Source: a virus
Taxonomy: Duplodnaviria; Heunggongvirae; Uroviricota; Caudoviricetes
Length of the DNA stretch: 64,000 nt
IMG/VR virus record: IMGVR_UViG_3300042901_002340
Strand: one strand, 5' to 3'
Part shown: positions 8,114-16,612 of the stretch, one piece after another
Position numbering within the stretch: the stretch's first letter is position 1
How the letters are laid out: the number at the start of each line of letters is the position of its first letter
Translations under genes and position numbers: made by a program
The notes under the pieces: model-generated
The model's input: only the letters and a program-made list of their open reading frames with translations
What the model was told of the DNA's origin: nothing
Database searches by the model: none

Positions 8114-9270
8114 TATTGTAAGTATGAAAAAGGATCAAATCCTTTAGGTTGATATCCAGTTGTTACCCATTCACTTCCCTCTAATATCTTTATTCTGTCG
8201 AGTGTAACATTTTTCTTTTGCATTTCCATTCCTCTAGATATTTCTTGCGATGCACCCTTTATAACAAATGGTGGTATAACTTTATGATTTAACCACATAA
8301 GTATCAGATTTCTTTCAAAATTAAGAGCAACTTTTTTTCTATTTTCTGTTTTATCAACATCCTTTGTTGTTCTTAATATCAATCCGCCAATCCAATTAAG
8401 AAACTCTTCATTTTTAATAAGTGCATCAAAAGGTATATTTACCCATTCAGTTTCAAGAAAAGCAGAATAAACCTTCTTGGCCTTACTATCAGTGAATCTA
8501 ACAACCTTATCCTCACCATCCTTGTTTTTAACCACATATTCCCAAACACTGGGAACCGAGTCTCCATCATCGCCGATTAATATCTTATGAAATATGAATG
8601 CATAGCTATCAATCTCCTCTATATTTACCTTCTTTAAGAATTCCTTAAATTTATCCTTCTCCGGTGAAATAGCGGATGACATATTAAATATACTCATACC
8701 AACAGATTCGTTTTTATTAAGCCATTCGTTCTCCCATCCGGTATGGACAGAAATCATATTTTTCTTGGAATTTGTATTCCAGACAGCGGTCCAAGCTTTA
8801 TCATTCATTTTTGCCAACTGGTGCATATCATGATCTCCACTTATAATAAGACAATTTTCACCGTTTAAATTAAAATAATCAGACCAGAACATTAAAAGAT
8901 CATCACCCTCGGCTCCTTCAGATCTCGAGAATATAAACCCCATTTTTTCTAGCTGCTCTCCAAAAGCTGACATAAGTTCAAAAAATATTGTCCAATCAAC
9001 AGTTTCGTCTTTTACCCTTCCGGACTTATATCCACCATCCTCTATCTCGACATCTTTTCTCCAGCTTCTACTATCTGCTGTAAATACCATTCTTCCCCCT
9101 TGTGGAAGCATCTTAAGTGAAGCACATAAATCAGTAGCAACTTTTCTTATAAAAGCTGCTTGTTCAGATTTTTCTTTCAGTACCTTACCTGGATCCATGT
9201 TACCATAACCAGCAAATACACCAAATGTCTTATGGAAATGATGATTACCGTCTATACATATGTTTATCAT
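8113..9270 (-). CDS. rnh: 5'-3' exonuclease / T4 RNase H (FEN family)
   Basis: IDGN, DSRSWRK, YKSGR, EGDD, SGDHD, GDDGDSVP. Confidence 0.88.
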   Translation of the reverse strand: MINICIDGNHHFHKTFGVFAGYGNMDPGKVLKEKSEQAAFIRKVATDLCASLKMLPQGGRMVFTADSRSWRKDVEIEDGGYKSGRVKDETVDWTIFFELMSAFGEQLEKMGFIFSRSEGAEGDDLLMFWSDYFNLNGENCLIISGDHDMHQLAKMNDKAWTAVWNTNSKKNMISVHTGWENEWLNKNESVGMSIFNMSSAISPEKDKFKEFLKKVNIEEIDSYAFIFHKILIGDDGDSVPSVWEYVVKNKDGEDKVVRFTDSKAKKVYSAFLETEWVNIPFDALIKNEEFLNWIGGLILRTTKDVDKTENRKKVALNFERNLILMWLNHKVIPPFVIKGASQEISRGMEMQKKNVTLDRIKILEGSEWVTTGYQPKGFDPFSYLQ

Positions 9271-9272
9271 TA

Positions 9273-9806
9273 TTAATTTTTTAATTGTTTATCTAGATTG
9301 ATCCGTACAAATTCACTATCTATGACGAAATTGGGATCATTTATTCTATAATCAAAATCAGTAAAGTTTTCAAAATCTCTCTCATCAGCAGCTAACCTTC
9401 TATCCACATTATCAGCATCGTTGCGTTTAAGAAGTCTCTCTCTTCTGATATTTTCCAAAATGTCGATATAAACTATAAATGATTCCTTCCTATCGTCAGG
9501 TTTTAATTTATTTATTCCGCCGGGAGTCATTATGAACAAATTAGATTTTTCAAATTCATCCAGTGAAGTACCATATATCCATCCATTAAACTCGACATAT
9601 TCATAGAAAAGATTCTTTGCCACATAATGATGTATGGCAGAATCCAAACTTATGAAATAGTAATCAACACCATCGAGTTCATCTTTTCTTGGAGGTCTGG
9701 TTGTGTGAGATACACAGTATCTATATCCAAAATTTTCAAATTGTTGTCTAGCGTAATCTTTTCCTGATGCAGCTTTTCCAACAAGTATTAGTCTTCTATT
9801 GTCCAT
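9273..9806 (-). CDS. gmk: Guanylate kinase-like
   Basis: GKAASGKD P-loop; SHTTRPPRKDELDGVDYYF; YGTS. Confidence 0.85.
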   Translation of the reverse strand: MDNRRLILVGKAASGKDYARQQFENFGYRYCVSHTTRPPRKDELDGVDYYFISLDSAIHHYVAKNLFYEYVEFNGWIYGTSLDEFEKSNLFIMTPGGINKLKPDDRKESFIVYIDILENIRRERLLKRNDADNVDRRLAADERDFENFTDFDYRINDPNFVIDSEFVRINLDKQLKN

Positions 9807-10750
9807 TATTCCATAAGTTTTTGGATCTGAAAAAATAAGGATAACAGAGAAACCATCGGATCTATCACTTGTGTTCTCTGTGCCTGATGATCCGCAACAA
9901 GAACTATAACTGCAGGTATAATCTTGGATAATTCTGGTTTATTGTTTATAATCCAGTTTATAAATTCCTCACCAAGAGCAGACATAACATCATCAGTTTT
10001 TCCCTGATATTCACCAACAATCATCTGGTAATTTTTAACAGGATCTTTGGATGTAACTAAAAGATTATATAGGTGCTCATAAGACCACCCAAACTCTTTA
10101 ACCCTGGCTGAGTCTATATTATTGACACCCTCGATCATCCATGCTTGAATCTTATTTAGTGCTGCTCTGAAATCCGGATAGTAGCTTTTCTGAAATTCAG
10201 AAAGTGCTTCATCCTCTATAGTAACATTAATCTTACCAAGTATAAATTTTACTCTAGTTGACCACTCGTTCTTAAGATCCTCGTCTTCCGATGTACTTAT
10301 TGGATTGAAATCTATAACTTCAAATCTACTCTGTATGGCATCTGGAACCTTATTTATATAGTTACATGTTGCTATGAATCTTGTATTTGATGCATATTTC
10401 TCAACAGTTCCTCTTAATGCTTTATAAAACTGATCCGATGCACCATCAAACTCATCAAGTACCACAACCTTTTTAGAAGATTTCCCATCCATAACAGATA
10501 TAGTCGAACAGAAATCAGTTATCTTGGTTCTAATAGTTTCAACAGAGCTTTCATCGGAAACATTTATAAATAAATGTGGAAATGGAGCTGCTAATATTTT
10601 TGCTAGGGTTGTTTTACCACATCCAGGGGATCCGCTAAGTAGAACATTCTGGCCTAATCCATTCTCAAAAACCTTAGATATCCTAGATGGTAATATCATA
10701 TGCTCCAGTTTCTTTGGTCTGAGCTTTTCTGTTAATAATTCTTGTATCAT
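9806..10750 (-). CDS. Sliding-clamp loader AAA+ subunit (gp44/RFC-like)
   Basis: EKLRP, GSPGCGKTT, LDEFD, TCNY, IQSRF, PDFR. Confidence 0.92.
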   Translation of the reverse strand: MIQELLTEKLRPKKLEHMILPSRISKVFENGLGQNVLLSGSPGCGKTTLAKILAAPFPHLFINVSDESSVETIRTKITDFCSTISVMDGKSSKKVVVLDEFDGASDQFYKALRGTVEKYASNTRFIATCNYINKVPDAIQSRFEVIDFNPISTSEDEDLKNEWSTRVKFILGKINVTIEDEALSEFQKSYYPDFRAALNKIQAWMIEGVNNIDSARVKEFGWSYEHLYNLLVTSKDPVKNYQMIVGEYQGKTDDVMSALGEEFINWIINNKPELSKIIPAVIVLVADHQAQRTQVIDPMVSLLSLFFQIQKLME

Positions 10751-10757
10751 GTATTAA

Positions 10758-12095
10758 TTAAAATTTATTACTTAAATCGTCAGCAGTATCTTTATCATTT
10801 CTTATTTCTATAAATCTGGGTAAAAATAATGATCGGTTACCATGTTTATCCTCTATGGTAACATTATATTGGACTGCTATTATTTTACCAATATGTTCAT
10901 CCGGGGTTTCACTTAAAGTTTTAAGATCATTGTCAGTAAACCCAGATCCCACTTTAACGTTCAGAGTACCAGAAGCATCGGTACAAATAAATCCACCAAT
11001 ATATCCCTCTCTTTTTCCCTCCCCTGGATACCATCCACTAACAACAAGATCACAATCATTAACTTCCTTAAGTTTTATCCAGGTTTTGGATCTTTTACAT
11101 TCATAAACAGAATTACTTTTACATATAACACCCTCCCCACCATCAGCAACTATTTTTTTATAAATTTCAGTAACATCAGCAGAATTATCAAGTTCCCACA
11201 TTTTTGCAAGAACAACCGGACTATTTTCTGGTAGAAATGATATTACTTTTTCTAAGGTTGCTCTTCTTGTAAGATAATCAAGAATACCAAAACCGTGTGT
11301 TAATGTTGCAACCTCTTCAAAATCAAATACATTAAACAACATACTGTCATCTATGTTCTTTGGTGCGGTACCTTTTAATATCTGAGTTACTTTACCACTC
11401 ACTGATTTTCTATTTAGATCTGTTAATTCACCATCAAAGAACCAATCACCAAGTATTCCCTGTCCACTGTTTATCATTGCAGTTTTTAGAGAAAAAGTTA
11501 TTCGAGAAAGACATGTTGGATCCAATTCATTAAAAGCCCTAGTAAAGTAGGATATCTCTCCACCTTTACATATTGCGATAACTCTTACGCCATCATATTT
11601 CTCTTCACAATATATTTTTTTCCAGCTTTCTATAGTTTCCTGATCGTCAGTAGCAAGCATAACCGAAGGATCAGGTATAAGTTCATACGATAGAGCTTTG
11701 TTTATAAGTTTAGCCCCAATACCTATATTCATTCTTTTAGTTATGATTTTCATAAGTACAGATCTTAATTCAAAGTCCTCATTTGAATCCTCACTGAGTC
11801 TATATGAAATTAAATCACAAGCCCTACCTCTTAGAATATCATTTGCTGCTGGCGCGGTTTTAAGCTCCTCTAGTAGTGATTTAAAGTCTTCCCATAGATT
11901 ATGATTGCTTTCGGATAAAGTATCGTTAAAATTAATCTTATGGAGTTTTGTTGTTATGAATGGGTTGAAGCAAATATCCAATATGTACTTCAGTTCATCA
12001 TCAATGTTGGATTTTATCAGATCCTGTTTGGATTTCTGTGATCCATTTCCCGTTAGGGATTCAAGTTGTTTAAATAGTCTTAATTTCTCTATCAT
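10758..12095 (-). CDS. ATP-dependent DNA ligase (start revised to ATG 12095)
   Basis: EEKYDGVR, FDGEL, EGVICK, WIKLK, VGSGF, LFLPRF; the longer 12158 start would overlap the promoter and terminator. Confidence 0.93.
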   Translation of the reverse strand: MIEKLRLFKQLESLTGNGSQKSKQDLIKSNIDDELKYILDICFNPFITTKLHKINFNDTLSESNHNLWEDFKSLLEELKTAPAANDILRGRACDLISYRLSEDSNEDFELRSVLMKIITKRMNIGIGAKLINKALSYELIPDPSVMLATDDQETIESWKKIYCEEKYDGVRVIAICKGGEISYFTRAFNELDPTCLSRITFSLKTAMINSGQGILGDWFFDGELTDLNRKSVSGKVTQILKGTAPKNIDDSMLFNVFDFEEVATLTHGFGILDYLTRRATLEKVISFLPENSPVVLAKMWELDNSADVTEIYKKIVADGGEGVICKSNSVYECKRSKTWIKLKEVNDCDLVVSGWYPGEGKREGYIGGFICTDASGTLNVKVGSGFTDNDLKTLSETPDEHIGKIIAVQYNVTIEDKHGNRSLFLPRFIEIRNDKDTADDLSNKF

Positions 12096-12116
12096 GTTCA
12101 ATATTTTTAATTTGTA

Positions 12117-12148
12117 CAAAAGTAATAAAATTATACGGTTTAAAAAAA
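12117..12148 (-). promoter_or_regulatory. Putative early promoter CG-N11-TACTTTTG
   Basis: TAnnTTTG at 12124-12117, CG at 12136-12137. Confidence 0.7.
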
Positions 12149-12156
12149 TAAAACAC

Positions 12157-12188
12157 AAAAAAAAGGAATATTTTCATATTCCTTTTTT
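12157..12188 (-). terminator. Intrinsic terminator after the portal genes
   Basis: aaaaaaggaatat-tttc-atattcctttttt hairpin with U-tract. Confidence 0.8.
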
Positions 12189-12191
12189 ATT

Positions 12192-13841
12192 CTATAGAGT
12201 TACTTGTGGGGGTTTTTCTTCGCCCTCTCCCGCGGGCGGTGTTTCCTCAGTGGCTCCTGGTGCAGGCTGTTCACCTCCTCCTTCAGCCGGAGCTGGAGCA
12301 GCCGCTGCTTTCTCCTCATTCTTCTTATATTCGTCATTCAATTTAAGTTGGTCTGGTGACATACCTAAAAATCTCTGTATAAGGAAATCATTATCGAAAT
12401 ATGGTACATCCTCCTCACCAGATTTCACTTTAAGATCCGCAAGACCCACTATAAATTCACCTTTCTTTTTAAGATTTGTCATTTCAACCTGATCCTCGAA
12501 TTCAAGATCTCTATTAAAATCTAAACCGATATTGGATTTAAAATTTCTATCTTTGGCTAATTCAGGATAATCGAGACACATTTGTATATAAAGGGGTTTT
12601 ACTAATATTTCCTGAAAAATCGATCTAAGTCTTCTTAAGAATTTCTCAAATCTTATCTCATCTCTCTCCAATTGATCTATGGCTATCTGATAGTTAGCCG
12701 GGGTTCCGTTTTTTGCTGCAAATCTTGCATAAGGAATTTTAGAATCCATCTTTAACTTATTAAAGAAATAAAGAACATTGTCCATCACATTAAAATCTGG
12801 TCCAGCAGGATTAAGAGAAGATATTTCAGGAGAAACTCCATTCTGTTCAGGAAATAAATAATTCTTATAGAATTGTACCTTAGGTCTACCATTAACTGTT
12901 AATTCCCCCGATGAGTCATTTATACTAATTTCCTCCTTATAATTGGACATAAGTTGTCCAAGGGTCTGCATAGCCTTTTGTGGTGATTGTGTACCGATCG
13001 GTATAATGAATTTCATTCGGTAACTAGCATTCATAACATTCCAAATAACCCTGGAATTTTCCATTATTCTTAGAATATTATAAGATCTAACAAGTCTTTC
13101 AACGTAACTAGTTCTTGATATGGTATTACCCTTAGCATATGAGATGTATATTATTTGTTCATTAGTAAGCTTTCTATACATCTGTGGATTACCCGGATAT
13201 TGAATCCAGAATTGTTTATATTCACTCTCTCCAACTCTTTCAACCACAGGTTCAAGCGAAGCTGCATCCAATTCCTTGAATCCTATTATTTCCTTGCCCT
13301 TACTATCATAAATAATCTCAAATGCTAGAAACCCATCTATGATAAACTGTCTAAAATATTGCCAACCTAAAACTGTATTTTGAAACTGAAATATATTATA
13401 GATTCTATTAAAATGAGACATTACTTTTTCTTTCACCTTATCTTTCAGATCCAGATTTGAAAATGAAGGTTGTGCAAAATAATTTCTGTCATCATAAACT
13501 ATAGCCTCGTCAGTTATTATATCAAGTATAAATTCAATCTCTCCATTTATTGAGAATTTTCTAAGGTAGTTTCTTTTTTCGATATATGACTTATCGAAAT
13601 ATGCTATATACTTTCTTACCTTTGTGTCATGGTAGGAAGCGGTCCATTGAAATGCACTATCCTTTGTATATCCTGTTCCCTCCTGATTAAAAAAAGCTCC
13701 CTCGGTCCTACCTATAGCCTGCGAGTTCCTAACAATCATATCATCATATTGCATACCAAACTTGGAAATATTACCAAGATTTTTCAATATGTTACCTAAT
13801 GCTGCTTGATTTGGTTTTAAATAGTCTAAAAATCCTGCCAT
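12192..13841 (-). CDS. Portal protein (gp20-like), paralog B
   Basis: EIEFILDIITDEAIV, YFRQFIIDG, LRIMENSRVIW, RDEIRFEKFLRRLRSIFQ. Confidence 0.9.
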   Translation of the reverse strand: MAGFLDYLKPNQAALGNILKNLGNISKFGMQYDDMIVRNSQAIGRTEGAFFNQEGTGYTKDSAFQWTASYHDTKVRKYIAYFDKSYIEKRNYLRKFSINGEIEFILDIITDEAIVYDDRNYFAQPSFSNLDLKDKVKEKVMSHFNRIYNIFQFQNTVLGWQYFRQFIIDGFLAFEIIYDSKGKEIIGFKELDAASLEPVVERVGESEYKQFWIQYPGNPQMYRKLTNEQIIYISYAKGNTISRTSYVERLVRSYNILRIMENSRVIWNVMNASYRMKFIIPIGTQSPQKAMQTLGQLMSNYKEEISINDSSGELTVNGRPKVQFYKNYLFPEQNGVSPEISSLNPAGPDFNVMDNVLYFFNKLKMDSKIPYARFAAKNGTPANYQIAIDQLERDEIRFEKFLRRLRSIFQEILVKPLYIQMCLDYPELAKDRNFKSNIGLDFNRDLEFEDQVEMTNLKKKGEFIVGLADLKVKSGEEDVPYFDNDFLIQRFLGMSPDQLKLNDEYKKNEEKAAAAPAPAEGGGEQPAPGATEETPPAGEGEEKPPQVTL

Positions 13842-13845
13842 CTTA

Positions 13846-15462
13846 TTATAATGTTACTTGAGGTGGTTTTTCTTCTCCTCCTTCTTTTTTGCCTTCCTCG
13901 CCTTCTTTAGGTTTCTCTGCCTTTGCTTTTTCTTTCGCTTTTCTTTCTTTGGCTTCCTTATTTGCTGTTATATCTTGCTTCGACATCCCTAGATATTCCT
14001 CAATAAGGAAAGCATTAGAGAAGAAAGGTTTTCCTTCGTCATTTAGAAGTCCTCCAAGACCAGTTATGGTCTCTTTCCTTTGTGCCATCTTTGCTATTTC
14101 CTGATTCTCTTTAAATGGATTATCCGACCAATAGCTAAGACCCAATTGACTTTTAAAAAGGAAATCTTTCTCCAGTTGCGGATACTTATTAACCATCTGT
14201 ATCCACATAGGCTTAACTAATATTTCCTGGAAAACAGATCTAAGTCTAGAAATAAATTTATAAAATCTTATCTCTTCTTTATCTAGACCTTCCGCACCAT
14301 TCGAATATGGAGATGTACTACCACCATCAGGATTGTGAAATCTCGAAGGAGGAACTTTAGACTCAAGTATAAACTTATCAAAGAAATATGTCAATGGAGC
14401 AGGATCATTAAGATTAGGACCCTCCGTATTAATAGGCTCTATAGTTGGTGTACCATTAACTCCAGAAGGCATAAGGTAGTTTTTATAGAATTGTATTTTA
14501 GGTCTACCATCAACTGTAAGTTCACCACTCTCATCATTAAGTTGTATATCTTCTTTATAAACACTCATAAGTTCACCCAATGTTTGCATACCTTTTTGTT
14601 GAGATTTAGTCCCGATTGGAACAGTCATCTTCAATTTAAAGGAAGCATTCATAACAGACCATATGACTCTCGTATATTCTATTATTCTCAATATATTATA
14701 GGGTCTTATTAATCTCTCGATGTAACTAACCCTAGATATAGAGTTTCCTTTAGCATATGAGATATAGATTATCTGAGGATCATAAAGGGTTCTTTTCTTC
14801 TTGGGATCCTGTGGATATTGTGTCCATGTGCTAACAAAACTACCATCCAGTTGTTTTTCAACACTTGGTATTAAAGTTACAGGATCAAGTTCCTTGAAAC
14901 CAACTATTTTTTTACCGGTATCGTCATAAACGATCTCAAACGAAAGAAATCCGTCTATAATGAATTGTCTAAAGTATTGCCATGCAGTTATATCATCAGA
15001 GAATCCCCATATATCATACAGATTTTTATAAACATCATAGAGTTCATCCTTGACTTTCTCGTTTACGTCAGTCAAATCTATAAAATCTGGATATGCAAAA
15101 AAGTTTGCTGGATCATAAGTTATAGCTTCATCACAGATTGTATCAAGAACCCATTCAACCTCCGGATTAAGAGAAAACATTCTTAAAAAGTCCCTCTTTC
15201 CCTTATAATCTTTATCAAAATAACCTATAAATTGTCTGGTGGTAACATCCTGCTTTGCAAGAGCCCATAACATACTCTCGTCCTCGACATTTGACTTATT
15301 TTTATTAAGAAATGCTGCTTCAGTTACACCGACAGCTTGCGAATTTCTTATTACCATATCATCATACTTCATACCAAAGGTACTCAGTTTTTTAACTGAT
15401 TCCCTTATTCTCTGTACAACCGGTGATTCCGATGGCTTATTATTATCTACAAAACCTGCCAT
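13846..15462 (-). CDS. Portal protein (gp20-like), paralog A
   Basis: PEVEWVLDTICDEAI, YFRQFIIDG, SKVPPSRF, KEEIRFYKFISRLRSVFQ. Confidence 0.9.
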   Translation of the reverse strand: MAGFVDNNKPSESPVVQRIRESVKKLSTFGMKYDDMVIRNSQAVGVTEAAFLNKNKSNVEDESMLWALAKQDVTTRQFIGYFDKDYKGKRDFLRMFSLNPEVEWVLDTICDEAITYDPANFFAYPDFIDLTDVNEKVKDELYDVYKNLYDIWGFSDDITAWQYFRQFIIDGFLSFEIVYDDTGKKIVGFKELDPVTLIPSVEKQLDGSFVSTWTQYPQDPKKKRTLYDPQIIYISYAKGNSISRVSYIERLIRPYNILRIIEYTRVIWSVMNASFKLKMTVPIGTKSQQKGMQTLGELMSVYKEDIQLNDESGELTVDGRPKIQFYKNYLMPSGVNGTPTIEPINTEGPNLNDPAPLTYFFDKFILESKVPPSRFHNPDGGSTSPYSNGAEGLDKEEIRFYKFISRLRSVFQEILVKPMWIQMVNKYPQLEKDFLFKSQLGLSYWSDNPFKENQEIAKMAQRKETITGLGGLLNDEGKPFFSNAFLIEEYLGMSKQDITANKEAKERKAKEKAKAEKPKEGEEGKKEGGEEKPPQVTL

Positions 15463-15482
15463 TTATTTTATTTTTTGATATT

Positions 15483-15490
15483 TATATATC
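15483..15490 (-). promoter_or_regulatory. Putative late promoter GATATATA (portal operon)
   Basis: Octamer 21 nt upstream of ATG. Confidence 0.75.
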
Positions 15491-15499
15491 GAGATTCCA

Positions 15500-15985
15500 C
15501 TATCTACTCTTAAATAAAAAATTCTCGTCTATAACCCCGAATCTGTAGCCCCTCTTATCAGCCCATTCTTTAGCTGCCTTAAATTTGGCCTGGTTTGTTA
15601 TCCAAATTTGCATATTTCTATTATAGGATTTCAACTTAGCCATTGTTACTACACCTTCCATTATGGGTTTAATGGTTTGCTTTTCTGGTTTTATTTCTAT
15701 TATCCATTCCTGTTCATTGGTATCCTCCTTTAAGACTTTAATGTAAAAATCAACATTGTAATTATGATCCTTCTTATCAAGAGGATTGTAATAAGGTATA
15801 ACAACAGGTTCGGAACTCCACTTTAGTATTGCTTCGTTGGTGTCACAATACGTACAAAATCTATATTCCCATGATGATCTATAAATGATATTATGGATAT
15901 CACCTATGTACTTATCGGGATTTTTCGGGTCGTATTTTCCCGATTTATATTCACCGTTAGGTTTTATCTTCTTAATATCTGGCAT
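15500..15985 (-). CDS. Head completion nuclease (gp4 / TnsA-like)
   Basis: GKYDPKNPDKYIGD, IIYRSSWE, WSSE, IPY, DFYI, IEIKP, NQAK. Confidence 0.9.
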   Translation of the reverse strand: MPDIKKIKPNGEYKSGKYDPKNPDKYIGDIHNIIYRSSWEYRFCTYCDTNEAILKWSSEPVVIPYYNPLDKKDHNYNVDFYIKVLKEDTNEQEWIIEIKPEKQTIKPIMEGVVTMAKLKSYNRNMQIWITNQAKFKAAKEWADKRGYRFGVIDENFLFKSR

Positions 15986-15988
15986 AAA

Positions 15989-16348
15989 CTAAATATTATA
16001 TGAGTTATCATCACCCGTTATATAACTAAATGGTATAGTAACTGGATTTTTTGGTGGATGTAATTTTTTCCAACCTTTCGCGAATCCATGCTTTGCTATT
16101 TGAGTAAAATAAGCAAATGGATTATTAGATTTCTCAGGATTAAATCTATTCCAGTATTTGCAAAGATCCTCCATGGCAAAGGCCATACAGTCCTCCTTAT
16201 CCTCCGGATCCTTATATGACATTTTTTTAGATATGCCCTCAATCATAAGATTGAACATTTCTATTGTCGCTGGTGTTAATTTCCCGGCATTTTTTGATTC
16301 TATAACTGCTGCCATTAGCTCGCTGTTCTTTACATAAACTTTCGCCAT
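15989..16348 (-). CDS. Late-transcription sigma factor (gp55-like, minimal 119 aa)
   Basis: YVKNSEL N-terminus and RFNPEKSNNPFAYFTQIA, the conserved gp55 region-2 signature. Confidence 0.85.
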   Translation of the reverse strand: MAKVYVKNSELMAAVIESKNAGKLTPATIEMFNLMIEGISKKMSYKDPEDKEDCMAFAMEDLCKYWNRFNPEKSNNPFAYFTQIAKHGFAKGWKKLHPPKNPVTIPFSYITGDDNSYNI

Positions 16349-16378
16349 TAATTGTTGATTATATTTGGATATTTAGTA

Positions 16379-16406
16379 TTTTAGTTAGTTAATACTAAAA
16401 GATTTC
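16379..16406 (-). promoter_or_regulatory. Putative middle promoter GAAAT-N17-CTAAAA upstream of gp55-like gene
   Basis: Same spacing as other class-2 sites; lies right after a terminator. Confidence 0.55.
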
Positions 16407-16412
16407 ATTCAC

Positions 16413-16447
16413 AAAAAAAGAATGTAGTAAAAAATACTACATTCTTC
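16413..16447 (-). terminator. Intrinsic terminator
   Basis: aagaatgtagta-aaaaa-tactacattctt hairpin plus U-tract. Confidence 0.85.
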
Positions 16448-16453
16448 TTTTAA

Positions 16454-16612
16454 TTATTGTTTCTTTTCACCAGAATCGTCGTTATCGTCCTCAATTTCTT
16501 CAGTTTTACCTGTTGGTGCTTTAGCAAATTTTCCTTTCATCGATTGTACAAAAGGCTTACCTGGTTTATTTTGATCTTCACCCTTTGGAGCGAAATAGAA
16601 GTTGCGGCTTAG
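16454..16612 (-). CDS. 52-aa -1-frame extension of the 856-aa protein
   Basis: LSRNFYFAPKGEDQNKPGKPFVQSMKGKFAKAPTGKTEEIEDDNDDSGEKKQ*; repeats the xxAP motif of the upstream protein; stop abuts the terminator. Confidence 0.7.
   Translation of the reverse strand, partial: LSRNFYFAPKGEDQNKPGKPFVQSMKGKFAKAPTGKTEEIEDDNDDSGEKKQ

Noticed and set aside
9268-9284. A AAA AAT before the gmk stop could shift -1 into the rnh frame
   Set aside because: rnh has its own ATG 2 nt after the stop, and such runs are common in AT-rich DNA; no supporting evidence.
15500-15985. TnsA-like nuclease as a transposon or homing element
   Set aside because: Matches head-completion gp4 in a head gene context; no TnsB/C or element ends.
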